Positions 40,345-54,674 are shown, counted from the whole stretch's first letter. The stretch is 63,280 bases of DNA, filler included, from Octopus bimaculoides (GCF_001194135.2; 5 parts of 5 records of this genome joined end to end with filler, not necessarily neighbours in it); one strand, 5' to 3'. Numbers and translations are program-made. Notes: a model not told the origin generated them from the letters alone.

Positions 40345-40500
40345 ATGCCATTGCTGGGCGTGGTTTTTCCCCATTCCGCTATGAAGTTCATATTTATCGT
40401 GCTGGGCCAATTAGATCTCTCGAAACATGAGTAAACTGCCAGTGGTGCTTCCTCAAGCGAAACAGCCGGCCAATCGCACACTTTGTTTTAATGATCAACG
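40345..40500 (+). promoter_or_regulatory. Candidate promoter of the EGF-repeat gene
   Basis: Locally CpG-rich, non-repeat DNA with GGGCGTGG (Sp/KLF-like, about 40356) and two CCAAT boxes (gggccaatta about 40404; ccggccaatcgc about 40467), 200-300 bp upstream of a signal-peptide-like exon. Confidence 0.4.
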
Positions 40501-40689
40501 CCAATTCCTCTTTGTCGAGTTCAAGTACGCATGTCGACTTTGAAATGTCTGAAAAGAAAAGCCTTGATAGGGCTTGGTTCGCTGTGTTTGTTAGGTTACC
40601 AGTGTTGGACAGACACAGCAGAAGCGAAGGCTAGAAGAGATTTAGCGGACAGGACAACCTAACATCAAGGATCATGGTTTACATGAAGC

Positions 40690-40763
40690 ATGGGAGCTAA
40701 ACGTCAGACAAAATTTATGCTTGGAATTGTATACCTATGCTACTGCGTGTATGGAAACTTCTT
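40690..40763 (+). CDS. Candidate first coding exon (signal peptide) of the EGF-repeat gene
   Basis: ATG at 40690: MGAKRQTKFMLGIVYLCYCVYGNF+TT, with basic n-region, hydrophobic core and V-Y-G cleavage-like motif. Perfect GTAAGT donor at 40764, in phase 2, matching the phase-2 acceptor at 43951. Confidence 0.5.
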
Positions 40764-40934
40764 GTAAGTAGCGAACCTACGCTTGTCTAATTCAAATTCT
40801 GATTGTCTATCTGCGTAACAGTCTGTCTATTTATCTATCTATAGCTTTAACTGTTAACCAATCAACGTTAATGCGTGAAAATATATTGCATTCTCTCGGC
40901 ATTTGTATATATGTGCTCATATCCTAAAGTGTAC

Positions 40935-40991
<57 letters not shown>

Positions 40992-41108
40992 ATCTTATCT
41001 TTATTTGTCTGTCCGTCTCTATCTCTCAAATACATATTTGATAGATAGAGAGACAGACGATATACAAATATTTATATATATATATGTATATAATATGTAT
41101 GATACATA

Positions 41109-41150
<42 letters not shown>

Positions 41151-41199
41151 NNNNNNNNNNNNNNNNNNNNNNNNNNNNNNNNNNNNNNNNNNNNNNNNN

Positions 41200-41238
<39 letters not shown>

Positions 41239-41329
41239 GAGAGAGAGGAAGAGGGGGAGAGAGGGAGAGAGAGATAATATATGCATAAACACATGAATTT
41301 CCATGTTATATACACCCATAAATAATATC

Positions 41330-41995
41330 AGGCGTGGTTGTGTGGTTCGAAGCTTCCTTTCCAATCACATCGTTCCGGGTTCAGTTCTACTGCGTAACAC
41401 CTTGCGGAAGTGTCATCTACTATAGCCTCGGGGTAACCAAAGCCTTATCAGTGGATTTGGTAGACAGAAACTGAAAGAAGCCTGTGATATATATGTGTGT
41501 GTGTATATATATATATATGTGTGTGTATGTATGTATATATATATATATATATATATANNNNNNNNNNNNNNNNNNNNNNNNNNNNNNNNNNNNNNNNNNN
41601 NNNNNNNNNNNNNNNNNNNNNNNNNNNNNNNNNNNNNNNNNNNNNNNNNNNNNNNNNNNNNNNNNNNNNNNNNNNNNNNNNNNNNNNNNNNNNNNNNNNN
41701 NNNNNNNNNNNNNNNNNNNNNNNNNNNNNNNNNNNNNNNNNNNNNNNNNNNNNNNNNNNNNNNNNNNNNNNNNNNNNNNNNNNNNNNNNNNNNNNNNNNN
41801 NNNNNNNNNNNNNNNNNNNNNNNNNNNNNNNNNNNNNNNNNNNNNNNNNNNNNNNNNNNNNNNNNNNNNNNNNNNNNNNNNNNNNNNNNNNNNNNNNNNN
41901 NNNNNNNNNNNNNNNNNNNNNNNNNNNNNNNNNNNNNNNNNNNNNNNNNNNNNNNNNNNNNNNNNNNGTTTAAAGACTGAAACAAGTAAAAGATA
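41330..41995 (+). mobile_element. SINE type A spanning an assembly gap
   Basis: Head at 41330-41485, then (TA/TG)n and Ns, then tail end gactgaaacaagtaaaaga at 41975-41995. Confidence 0.75.
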
Positions 41996-42241
41996 AAAAA
42001 TAAAAAGATATATATACATATATATAAACATATATATATAGATATACATATGTATATTTATTTATATATATAGTATATATATATATATATATATATGCAC
42101 ACATACACACATATTTACATCCATACGCACAAACGCATATACGCACACTCACTACATATGTATTATATGCACTTTCATATATATGTTTGTTATGTATGTA
42201 TGTACGTATGCATGTATTATGTACGTATGTATGTGTATATG

Positions 42242-42272
<31 letters not shown>

Positions 42273-43108
42273 GTGTGTATGTATGTATGTATGTATGCAT
42301 GCATGTATGCATGTGTGTGTGTGTATGTGTGCGTATGTATGTATGTTTTCCATTATTTCCGCTGAAATTGGTTACGTTGAAGTGAACTGCTAATGCTAAT
42401 GTAAAGTTACCTTTTTTCTTTATTTAAAAGCCGGCAAAACTGGGATATATTCACAGATAGACAGACAGACCCACACACACACACTCACAGAGACACACAC
42501 GTTTGTAAATGTGTGCATTTATATATATATATATGTATATGGTGGTGCACCAGCATGACCGCAGCCACTTGGCTGAAACACATAAATAAATAAATAAATA
42601 AATATATATATATATATATATATATANNNNNNNNNNNNNNNNNNNNNNNNNNNNNNNNNNNNNNNNNNNNNNNNNNNNNNNNNNNNNNNNNNNNNNNNNN
42701 NNNNNNNNNNNNNNNNNNNNNNNNNNNNNNNNNNNNNNNNNNNNNNNNNNNNNNNNNNNNNNNNNNNNNNNNNNNNNNNNNNNNNNNNNNNNNNNNNNNN
42801 NNNNNNNNNNNNNNNNNNNNNNNNNNNNNNNNNNNNNNNNNNNNNNNNNNNNNNNNNNNNNNNNNNNNNNNNNNNNNNNNNNNNNNNNNNNNNNNNNNNN
42901 NNNNNNNNNNNNNNNNNNNNNNNNNNNNNNNNNNNNNNNNNNNNNNNNNNNNNNNNNNNNNNNNNNNNNNNNNNNNNNNNNNNNNNNNNNNNNNNNNNNN
43001 NNNNNNNNNNNNNNNNNNNNNNNNNNNNNNNNNNNNNNNNNNNNNNNNNNNNNNNNNNNNNNNNNNNNNNNNNNNNNNNNNNNNNNNNNNNNNNNNNNNN
43101 NNNNNNNN

Positions 43109-43389
43109 GTTTTCAAACTTTTTGACTTGCGGACCCCTTTATATTTCAGGCTTTACCTTATAAACGCTTATGAAATTTATACATAAATATTTGCTTAAAA
43201 TAACATATATTTTTACATTTATTTATTTAACAGTATTTAACAAAATAGTTTTATTGTCAATTAAAAGATTTCGATTAAAAAACATATATAAAATCAAATT
43301 GCCCATAAAAAGTATTTGCTGTCCACTGACCCCCTGTCTTGTCCTTGCGGACCCCCTGTGGTCCGCGGACCACAGATTGAAAACCCCTG
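43109..43389. mobile_element. hAT/Charlie-type MITE
   Basis: Left end (cut by gap) GTTTTCAAACTTTT..GCGGACCCC; right end GGTCCGCGGACCACAGATTGAAAACCCCTG, i.e. a CAGGGGTTTTCAA-type TIR. Confidence 0.75.
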
Positions 43390-43635
43390 TATTAATGTAT
43401 GTGTGTATACACAGTTCACATCAACATTGAGAAGTGTATGTGTGTATGTAAGTACATACTGTAATATGCGTATGGATATGAAAATGAGTAATACAGATGT
43501 GGGTATACAGTAATACAGATATCGGTGTAGATTAACATACTTCGGCGTGAATTTCGATGGGAAATAAATATTCAATTTTACTTATGGTATATTTTACATG
43601 CATTGTACTCTCTTACCCCTTTACACACACATATC

Positions 43636-43702
<67 letters not shown>

Positions 43703-43918
43703 AAAAGAGATATTCGTATGTATACATACATTTCGTGCGGTATATATATATATCCGCACTAAAAATGCACACNNNNNNNNNNNNNNNNNNNNNNNNNNNN
43801 NNNNNNNNNNNNNNNNTTAATTAATTAANNNNNNNNNNNNNNNNNNNNNNNNNNNNNNNNNNNNNNNNNNNNATATATAAATATATATAAATATTTATAT
43901 ATATTTATATATATATAA

Positions 43919-44176
<258 letters not shown>

Positions 44177-44312
44177 TAGCTGTTTATCTGTTTGTTCTCC
44201 CCAACGTGAACCAACCAAATTGTCTACCTTCCAGTTTGTATAATATTCCTCTCTCTTCTCTCTCTTCTCTGCCTCTCTGTCTGTCTGTCTGTCTTTCTGT
44301 CTCTCTGTCTCT

Positions 44313-44358
<46 letters not shown>

Positions 44359-45662
44359 CATGTCTTCTCATGCCTTACTGTTCCCCTTTTTCTCTTCCTC
44401 TTTCTGTTCCTCTTTCAGTCTCTCTTTAGCTCTAGATATCTTTTCCTCCTTTTGTTTGGTTATCTTCCTTTTTTACACAATTTCTCTTGTTTTATTCTCA
44501 TAAAGAAACCTCATATAATCAAATTGCACACATAATTCGTTTCATAGATAATTATTCCTTACCTTACACCTTCATTTTCTCCCCATCACATAAGGCCTCC
44601 ATCAATCTATCTTAAACATGCATGTATGTACAGACCTGAGCAAGACTCTTTTTGAGGAAGATTCCAGTTGTCCATATGGCAAGTCTCTTCTCTCCATGTC
44701 ACCTATTTATCCATGGAAATAGTTACTAAATTCGGCCAATATAGCTTTGCACTAGTGTCACCACAGGTATTGTCCTCAAAATGTAATTACATAAAACAGC
44801 TATAGCAAAATATCATGCCTGACCCTCTAAAAGCTCCATCAATCAACCATCCTGGATTAGTATGTTACAATTAGATATTTCTATGTCAGGGTCATCACTG
44901 TAGCAGTAAGATGTTTCTCTGGATGTGTGAACAGTATTACAATTTGGTATCAAGTTGATATGGATGAAATGAAAGCAAATTCTATGGAGATTTTAAATGC
45001 AAAAGTATTTATTTTTCTCATTAGTAACTAAATGTTGTTGTTACTACAAACAACAAAGAAAGATACTTACATAAGTAAGATAGTTCACAGTTTATATGAG
45101 ATGTAGTTGGATCAGATATAACAGTAATCACCATCACGTGTTTCTTTGAGTTAGCTAGTTAGGATGGGTTAAGTTACTATTTTCTGAAGACCAGGCATTT
45201 CAATGTGATCATGCAAATATCTATGTAATGATTATTACATAAGATCCAAGTATTTGTTAGTGAAACATGGGTAAAGATTATGTAATTTATGATGTTATGA
45301 TATAAAGACAACCTAAATCTATTGTTTTACTCTGCTCTCAGATATACACTCTGTAAATTAGTCAAATGTATAAAATATCATAAGTAAACTGGAGGACAAT
45401 TTGTTTAATACATGACTGGAATTTGGATACACATGGATTTATATGGAGTACTAAGCATTGGTTAACTGTTATGCCATCTATTCACATTAGAAATTCTGCA
45501 ATTCTAGCAGTACTGTGGAAATTCCACAGTGTAAATCAGCATATTTGAAAACCTTATATCATTATATTGAACACAAGTAAGGAATTTCAAAAAATTCTTT
45601 TGAAATCCTGTCATTTAATCAAAACTGTACATTCAAATAAAATCAAAAAGAACTTAGAAAGG

Positions 45663-46441
45663 TGTTATGGGGATAATAGTAATAATGGAATACCTCTCCC
45701 CTGTGATGAGCAGTATGTACTAGTCATTATAAATACTGTGAAGTAGGAAGTCATAAGAGTGTCAGTGTCTGTGAAGTAGTCATAGATAGACAGTCGTGTC
45801 TTTACTGGTCTCACTAACTATACTGCTATACCAGAGTGGGCATGATAACAATCCGACAGAGGATTACAACAGTGGTGACAAGGAATTAACAAACTTACGA
45901 CAAATTAATAAACTCATGAGGATTAAACGAACTCACAAAGAGTTACGAAACTCACAAAAGTATTTTGTGTGAATTTTATGATATACAAAATTGTAAATTT
46001 ATGAAAGAATTGTCGGCCGGTTTGCTCGAGTTGCAAAAATAGCAACAACAGCTGAAAGAAGAACAACAGCAACAATTACTATTGCAGTAACAAATGCTAC
46101 ATTTAATGAATAGTAAGTCATCAAAAAGTACTGAAAAGATGTTCTCACCAGATTATGTTTCAAACTCCTTCAAGTTGTACTATAGAAAATACCAATAGAA
46201 TGATTGCTTAATCTCACAGAACTACCCATTGCCGAGTACTGAGGAAGTGTTGGCAAAATTGAATGGAGTGAAATTCTTCTCAAAATTAGACCTCTTGGAG
46301 GCATATTCACAAATCCAAGAGGAAGAATGCTCACACTTATTAGCCATTAATACACACTGTGGCTTATTTAAATTTAAGCAGTTTCCCTTCAATGTAAAAG
46401 AGGTTCCTTCCATATTTCAGCAAGTAATGGATATGGTTTAA
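45663..46441 (+). mobile_element. Gypsy LTR retrotransposon 5' remnant (LTR, PBS, gag trace, RT fragment)
   Basis: TGTTA..CAACA putative LTR at 45663-45871, PBS-like TGGTGAC at 45873, RT PLPSTEEVLAKLNG..FFSKLDL..AYSQI..INTHCGLF..PSIFQQVMD. Confidence 0.7.
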
Positions 46442-46536
46442 CATTAAACTCAGAATTTTTTAATAGGATACATATTAGTTAACTTTTAAAAGGAAAACGT
46501 TGGTAGTGACTTCAAAGTTTCAGTTTGCTCACCATT

Positions 46537-46568
<32 letters not shown>

Positions 46569-46614
46569 ACACACAAACCTAATTATCATATATGTATGTT
46601 TTTCTTTCACACAG

Positions 46615-47040
46615 CATGTGTTCAAAGCAGACGTGGATTCTTTGATTGCTTCTGTATTCGTGGCTACACAGGGAAGTTATGTGAAACCAAAATTGATGAA
46701 TGTGCGTCACACCCATGCAAAAATGGTGGTACCTGCGCAAACACAGAGCCTGGATTTGTATTCTGCAGCTGTCCAATTGGTTTCCAGGGTGTCTACTGTG
46801 AAAAAAAGGATGATGCTTGTCGTTCAGCACCATGTCGTAATGGTGGCAAGTGTGAGACAAGACCAAGGGGAAACTATCTGTGCCACTGTAGAAATGGCAC
46901 CCAGGGAAAGCAATGTGAGTTTGACATCAATGAGTGTGCCAGCCACCCTTGTCTAAATGGTATATGTCGCCAGGTGGGCCTTGGCGGGTATGAGTGCCTT
47001 TGTAATGACACAGGATTTACAGGGAAAAATTGTGAAACTG
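46615..47040 (+). CDS. EGF-repeat gene exon (426 bp, phase 1-1)
   Basis: tttcacacag|; A+CA gives Thr, completing CLNSGTC; reads TCVQSRRGFFDCFC..CNDTGFTGKNCET; donor gtgagt. Confidence 0.94.
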
Positions 47041-47639
47041 GTGAGTATGTTTATACCTAACCTATTGACTTATGCATACACACTTAAACACACACATGTA
47101 CATGCACATACACACATACACATCAAAGAAGATGCAAGTTATGCATAACTGAAAGATTGCTCATTCTTTTTAGGTCCAAGAATTCCACTACACTATTTAA
47201 TTCCAGATCTGAAATTTTTAGCAAATGCAAGCACATGGACAAGTTTCTTTTGTTGCACTGGAAGGCATCACCTGCTCCAGATTGGATAGCATCAGCCTTC
47301 TTTACATTTTTTCTTATTTTTTTCTTATGTCTTCTCATAGAACAGTATCCTGGTTTTAAATACATCAAATGATATGCACTGAACCTGAATGATTGTTTGG
47401 AGATACATGGCATGTTATATAAACCTGCCAGTTTATTGCTTTTCTAAAGCTTGGAACTATTATTAGCTCTTTTACAAATTGTGCACATTAAATGATATTT
47501 ATCTCACACTGAATGAAGTACTTTTTTCACTGATCCTATGTATAAAACAACTGTAAACTACATACATATGTATGTATGTATGTTCGTATGTATGTATGTA
47601 TGTATGTATGTATGTATGTATGCATGTGTCTCTTTTATT

Positions 47640-48955
47640 TTTTATTATAAATCTTCCACTGAGGAGGGAGCCGGTTTCCAACAAAGATAGAAGGCTTTAT
47701 TTTTGGGATGTAGTTAACATAGATATATTCACATTTGGAACTTGAGAAAAGTCTTGCATAATTTTACTCACAGATTGCACTTGTAATGTACGAATTAGCC
47801 AATCGATTTCTCTTTCAAGAAAATCCCAGTTTATCCAGATTCTCTTTTAAACATTTACTAACAAAACCTAATGCTCCAATTATTATTGGTATGAATATGA
47901 ATTCATAGTCAGTATATACAAGCTGGAGGTTTGGAGGCAGTTATCCATAGATATCCTCTTTTTCTTTGATTTTCAAAGTTTATTTATATCAGCAAGGCAG
48001 CTGACCTCTATGATGGTACATACCTTTGTCCCTCAATCCCAAACAATAGTGTCCAGTCTGTTATGTTAACATTTGACAGAAGTTTTGATGGGAATATTCC
48101 ACCAATATTTATTGAGTTGGTGTTTATGAATATGTTCCATAACAAAGGGATTTTCTAAGTTTATTTCAGGACAGTCTTTTTTGCGGATAGCACTGTAAAT
48201 TGCTTTAGCAACATTGTGCCACATAGGGAGGTAGTACTGTGATGACATTTTAGGGCAGCTGCTAATCACATGTGTAAAACTTGACATAGCTTACACATGC
48301 AGTTGTACTTTGAGATTACAGGGGCATCACTGTCTCTTGTTCACCAGGTACTTTGTGGAAATCTCCAGTTCCTGGATTGAAAATGCACAGCCTTCAAAAT
48401 GCGATGTGGGTTTGGGGTTTGGGACACTGACTTTCCTCGTTCTATAACCAAATATGAATATTTCTTTTGACCAAATTCCATACCTGTATCACTTGAAAAT
48501 GTTGCTATTAATTCCAGTTGTTTTTGGCATTAACACTTTGTGCATAAATCTTCAGGTCGTCTACATAGAAATTGTAAGTTACACAGACATTTCTAGCAGT
48601 TGGAGATCCTAGCATGTAACCATTTGTTTTCTTCAGTAGGAACGATAATGGATTCAGTGCTAAAATGGAAAAAAGTACAGATAGATTATCTCCCAGGAAT
48701 ATTCTCTTTGGAATGCCTATACTGTCAGACACAATTATTCTGTTCTCAGCTGTAAGGGTAAGAATAGTTGTCCATGTCTTTGTGAGTCTCTCTATAGCAG
48801 CAACTAAGGTAGTAGGCACTTTTGCCAGACGTACGCACTTCAACAGCCATGAATGAGGGACAGAGTCAAATGCCTTCTTATAGACAAGCCATACTGTCAG
48901 AAGGTTTCCACATTGTTTTCTTACTTCAGACAGTACACTTTGTTTATTAAAAGTG
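47640..48955 (-). mobile_element. R4/Dong-like retrotransposon fragment in an intron, internally deleted
   Basis: Minus strand YKKAFDSVPHSW..GDNLS..FYVDDLKIY; HVISSCP..WWNIPIKT..IIEVSC..IPIIIGALG; 3' UTR with an A/TAA-rich end near 47640. Confidence 0.85.
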
Positions 48956-49264
48956 TATGTATGCATGTATGTATGTATGTATGTGTGTGTGTATGTGTGT
49001 ATGTGTGTACATGTTTGTGCATCATGTAACAGTTGTAAATGAATGTCACTCTTCTATAAGCAATGTTATTCATTTCCAATATACTGTGTCAGCATGTCTG
49101 GTCATTACCCTGCTTGGTAACAAGTGGAGGGTGGCAACAGGATTAGCATTCAACCATAGAAAATTTTCCTCAGTGGATTCCATTCAACCCATTCAAGCTT
49201 GGAAAAGTGATGATAATAAATATATTAAAATGAAGATCATAGACATATTCTTTTTAATTTCAAG

Positions 49265-49381
49265 ATATCAAAGAATGTGATTCTCGTCCATGTCTAAACA
49301 ATGGTACTTGCTGGGAAGAAGAACCTGGAAACTTCAAATGTCTGTGTCAAAATGGTTTCAATGGAGATTTATGCTATAATG
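49265..49381 (+). CDS. EGF-repeat gene exon (117 bp, phase 1-1)
   Basis: tttcaag|DIKECDSRPCLNNGTCWEEEPGNFKCLCQNGFNGDLCYN|gtgagt; missed by the ORF track (under 60 aa). Confidence 0.93.
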
Positions 49382-50143
49382 GTGAGTCATGTTCTACTAA
49401 TTTTTCCTATCATTTGGACAATAATGATGGTGATTATGTTCATATAGGCATACATACATGCATGCATGCATGCATGTATGTATGTATGTATGTGTGTATG
49501 TATGCATGTATGCGTGCATGCATGCATGCATAGGTTGGGAAACCGATTTGTAGAGGCAAGAAGCACTCTGCCCAATTAGATACCAAATGATCTCATGACC
49601 CACAACCAGAAGCAAGTGCCCACTACTGTGCATGAACTTATCTCTTCTAGTTCATTTCCACCTTAAGCCACTAACCTCCTTATAAACACACCCTGAACCT
49701 TCACCATCTACTTCATCCCCAAAATTCACAAAATGGGACACATTATCTTAAACCTCTTAATCATGTTCTCTTTCCTGCCTGGATAATCCAAACACCTTGG
49801 TTTGGTTTGCAAGGTGATGGCACAGCCAGAAGTCGATAGCCAAGACTGAAGGGAGACAATCGTTTACCTTCGTGACTGCAAGATAGTGGCGCTGCCAGAA
49901 CTTGATAGCCAATGGCAAAGGGAGATAATCATCTATTGTTTACCTTTTTAGCAAGGCTTTTCCTCCTCTATATTTTGAAAGAGGTCTTAGGCCAAGAGTT
50001 TTGGGGTGTGACAATACACCATAAAGCCAAACCCCTTATGGACAGGAAACTTTGGGTAACCCCATGAACCAGCCTCCCCCATTAAAATATTAACTGCTCT
50101 ACAAATTAGAGTGTGCTTCTTCTCTGGATTTATGTCTTTCTAC

Positions 50144-50222
<79 letters not shown>

Positions 50223-50733
50223 GTATGGATGTACATGCGTATGTATGCATGTTAGTGTGCTTGTGTCTCCTTGTTTTTGGCATCATGCACTGATTGTAAA
50301 CAAAGCCACCATTCTTACAAAAACAGTGTCATATGTTTGCAGTCTTCCATGAAAATATGCCAGGCCATTTAGTCATTCATGTTCAATGACCAGAGGCAAT
50401 GCTCTTTTGCTTGGAAGTAGGTAAGAATTGGTAACAGGAAGTGCATCCAGCCACAAAGAATTTGCTTCAAGGAATTTTATCTAACCTATACAGTGGATGT
50501 TAAAAGAAAGATAAAGATGATAATGATGATGATGGTGATGATGATGATGATAATGATGATAATGATGATAATAATGATTATAATGATTATGATGATTATG
50601 ATGATCATGTGTACATGTGCTTATGTATCTATGTGTTATATTAAACGGAGACAGTATATGTTTCTGTTTAACACAACACAAATATTTTATAGTTTTTAAC
50701 CATTTAGAACTTCTCTAATTCTACTGTTAATAG

Positions 50734-50850
50734 ATATCAATGAATGTCTCGATGACCCATGTTATAATGGTGGCTTCTGTGAAGAAGGTGTTCCTGGTAC
50801 TTTCAAATGCAAATGTCAGACTGGTTATTATGGTGCTCGCTGTGAGAAAG
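50734..50850 (+). CDS. EGF-repeat gene exon (117 bp, phase 1-1)
   Basis: gttaatag|DINECLDDPCYNGGFCEEGVPGTFKCKCQTGYYGARCEK|gtaact. Confidence 0.93.
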
Positions 50851-51509
50851 GTAACTAAATCATTTTCCTAACCATCTTCACAGTGTATTCTTGATTCATG
50901 TTTTTTTTTTTGTTTTTGTGTTTTTAAAAAAAAACTTACACATGGTTTGTATGTGTAAGTGTGAAGGTGATAAAGAAAGAAAGAAAAAATAAAGAGAGAG
51001 AGAGAGTGAGAGAGAATATGCTTTTGCCTGTGTCGAGGCCAAAAGCTCTCTAACAAGATCTTGTAAACAGAAGGTTCGATATCAAAGGCTGAATGATGAT
51101 CTATGTCTCTGGAGATAAGTGTATGTCTACACACACGCGCACACACACACACACTTATGCATGTGTGTGTGTGTGTGTATGTGTATGTATGTGTGTGTGT
51201 ATTGTATGTGTATATCTAAGTCTATCTTTACATACTGCTCCACCCCAATTCCCTCTAACAGTCTCTTTTCTAAAATGTGAGCTGCCAAATAGCCCCCACT
51301 GTTCTGCTCTGGCCCCTTCTCCCATACCTTAACCCCTCAACTCCTAGTTTAAAGCTGCCTCTCTCATGGTTTGTAGTTTTGTAACTGGCTTTGCAACATC
51401 ACTAGAGCTGATGGCACAAAAAAAAGCACTCAGTACATACTGTAAAGTTGTTGGCATTAGGAAAGGCATCCAGCCATAAAAACTGTACCAGAGTGAGGCA
51501 ATGGAGCTT

Positions 51510-52345
51510 GTTATATATACTTGTAAGTCCTGGTGTTTTTGTTATGTGTTTGTCTGAATGTTGTTTTTTTTTATCATACCTAATGCGCCTACTATTAAGG
51601 GAATTGTTTCTGTTTTTAGGCTGCACATTCAAGTTACCTCTATTTCCTGGTCTTTGTATTTTGAAAGTTTCTCTGTTTCTTTCAGAGAAACATTGTCATC
51701 TTTTGGTATTGATACATCAATTAGAAAGCATTTTTTTCTTGGTGATCTACAGAGTAGGGTTTCTTTTCTCTCGTTGGCTGTTCTTGTTCGGAATTCATGA
51801 ACACTTCTCAAGTCCATTTTTGTTAACTCCTTCTGCTTTAGCAGCGTACTGCAGCAGGTCTTGTTTGTTGTTTACCAAATATTCTGCCATCTTTCTTCCT
51901 TGATGCACTCCCGTATGTTAATCAGCCCATATCCACCGTTACCTCTCTTCATGTAGAGCCTGTGGACATTTGCCTTAGGGTGGAGGGAACCATGCATTGT
52001 CATTGTCTTTCAGTTAGTGTGTTGTGTCCATTTCAGGATGGGTGCACTATAGCAGACTACAGCAACAGCCCATATGTTGATGGCAGTCACAAGGTTCCTT
52101 GAGTTGAGCTTTGATTTCAAGAGAAGTTTAAGATGCTTGAAATATGCAATGATGACCTTGTTTTTCATTTCTTTGTGCAAGATATTGTCCAGCTCCAGAT
52201 CCTGAGGTACTTGTACCCATCATCATCCATGTCTTTCATTCTCTCTCCATTTGGCAATTCTATGCCCCTACAATTTACTCTTTTCCCTCACTTCAAAGTA
52301 AGCACCGTACACTTTGAGATACCGAATTTCATTCCTATATCCTTG
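51510..52345 (-). mobile_element. R4/Dong-like retrotransposon fragment (same subfamily as 22080-22865)
   Basis: Minus strand ..LKSKLNSRNL..HPKANVHRLY..KCFLIDVSIPKDDNVSLKETEKLSKYKD..PLIVGALG. Confidence 0.85.
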
Positions 52346-53296
52346 CTGCACATTTCATCATCATCATCATCATCATCATTAACTGTATCATCATCAATGT
52401 TTTAATGATTTTTTTCTTAATGTTGACATATTAGATAGGTCTTCAGTATAGCATATTGCTATTTGTCTTGAGTTTCTGTCTTATATATGTCCTATCCTGC
52501 ATTCCAAAATGTTTCATTCAGCCATTTTGTTCCCTGGGTCTACTTTACCAACAACATATGGTACATTTTCACAAGGGATTCAGTGTTCAAACATGACATA
52601 TTCATACTCTCACAGTCCTCTTTCCCTGACAGAATGATTAATCTTTCGTAATATCTAATCACTGTAAATTTATTTGTGTTACACCTCTGATTAATAAGCA
52701 TTACACATCCTGTGATTCAGGCCAACCTCATATCACCCCAGTTGTCACAGATCTTCACACATTAAATTCAGATTCATGCGGTCCAATCATACACCATCAT
52801 ACTTCTTACACATACTCTTTTTCTCTTTTCACCTCAAATATTCAAATTCATGAGGCCAGAGCTTATCCAAATTTTCAGTATATTTAGGCTCTGAATGGAA
52901 TACTTGTCTGTCACAGGACTAACCCCTAGGTACCAATAGTATTCATTTTCATTTGAGTGTACTGGAGCAACATGAAATGTCCTGCCTTGTTTCAAGGATC
53001 AATCGCATAATCTAAAGATCATGAGCTTTTCACATGAAGAGAGAAGCACTTAGTTGCTAACAGTAGAGGCAACACAGCTCCCTTGACTTTTACTTAATCC
53101 TTTTTATAAAATTTATGCTTTCATTTTATCTCTATTTATTAATTCTTTTTTTCATTTTTGGAGTTGGATGTTACAGTCACCTGCCATCGTTACCTATGCC
53201 TACATTCTATACTAATTAAGTTGTAAAAGGAATCACTTACATCTACCAAACCTATCTTAACATAAATAATATATATGATTGTGGTTTCTATTCCAG

Positions 53297-53340
53297 AGAA
53301 GATTTGCCACAACAAATGTTTCAATGGAGGAACATGTAAG
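53297..53340 (+). CDS. EGF-repeat gene micro-exon (44 bp, phase 1-0)
   Basis: tttctattccag|EKICHNKCFNGGTCK|gtgaga; needed to supply C1-C3 of the EGF completed by the next exon, and the phases fit on both sides. Confidence 0.88.
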
Positions 53341-53899
53341 GTGAGAACCATTATAAACAGTTTTCTTTATCAATATTCTACCAATAATAAGCAATTTATT
53401 GTTGTCTATCATACTTAACTCCTGTGGGGTAAAAAATCTGTAGAGCTGTGGAAAGGGGATGGTAAAAGTGCATGTGTGATAGAGAGAGAGAGAGATACAA
53501 AAGAATGCTACCGGTACAGGCACACATACATACATATATTTGAATGCAATTGCTGGCTTTGTGCCAAAATTTGAAGCAATTAATTATTATTATTCCTCCA
53601 TTTTTACATTAAATTTTTCCAATATTTCTGAAACTACCTAAAACAACAATTGTCAGGAAATCTAGAACTGATATTTGTGAAATAAAGTTGAAACCATTTT
53701 AAAATCTTCAATGTTCACACAATTTCCAGAAATTATTGAGAGAAATGACTCTGAGAACACTGGTATTGTGACTCGGTCTCTCCTATAAATCAGAAGTTAT
53801 ATATTTGTCTGTAGAAGACTTTATTACAGTAGTGATTTCGCAGAGGTATCAAAAGCATTAAATAAAATGTCTCACAATATTTGTCCTAACAGAAGACAG

Positions 53900-54250
53900 C
53901 AAACTGGCAGAAACATTAACACGCCAAACAAAATGCTTAACAGTATTTATTCCAACTTCATGTTTTGAGTTCAAGTTCTACTAAGGCCAAGTTTGCCTCT
54001 CGTTTTTTGAGATTAATAAAAAAAAAAGTATCATTTGAGTACTAGGGTTAATGTAATCAACTTGCCTCCTCCCTCAAAATGTCAGGCCTTGTACCTATAA
54101 TAGAAAGGAATATCTGTTCCTACTTTCAGCACTCTAAGTTCAAATCCTGTTAAGGTCAACTTTGTCTTTATATTCTTTTGGGGTCAATATGATAGTGCTA
54201 ATCACTGGCAGTAGGCTGGCAGAATTGTTAGAGCACTGGATGAGATGCCT
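53900..54250. mobile_element. Two degenerate SINE type B copies in opposite orientation
   Basis: + copy at about 53900-54115 ending caggccttgtacctataatagaaagg; - copy at about 54115-54250. Confidence 0.6.
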
Positions 54251-54674
54251 TGCAATCAGTATCTGTTCTGGCTCTTTACAGTCAGACAGAAACACTTGCC
54301 AGAAGACATTGGGGCCAAACTGTATTGACCCTAAAGTAGCAACCTTTCCTTTGGAGAAAATTGGTCGTGCTGAAGAAGGAGATTTATATGTATTAGTAAT
54401 TGTGGATCTTTTATAAAAAAAAAATTGCTCAGGCCTGTAATGAAAATAAATTATCAAACCTGACTAACAGAGATGTCCAGGTTACTTTCTAACATTTACA
54501 TATATAGGTGTAAGTGTGGTTGTGTGGTTGTGTGGTTAAGAAGTTTGCTTTGCAATGACATGGTTTCTAGTTCAGTCCTACTGCATGGCACATTAGGCAA
54601 GTGTCTTCTGCTATAACCTAAAGTTCATCAAATCCTTGCAAGTGGTAAGAAGCCTGCTGCATATATATATATCA

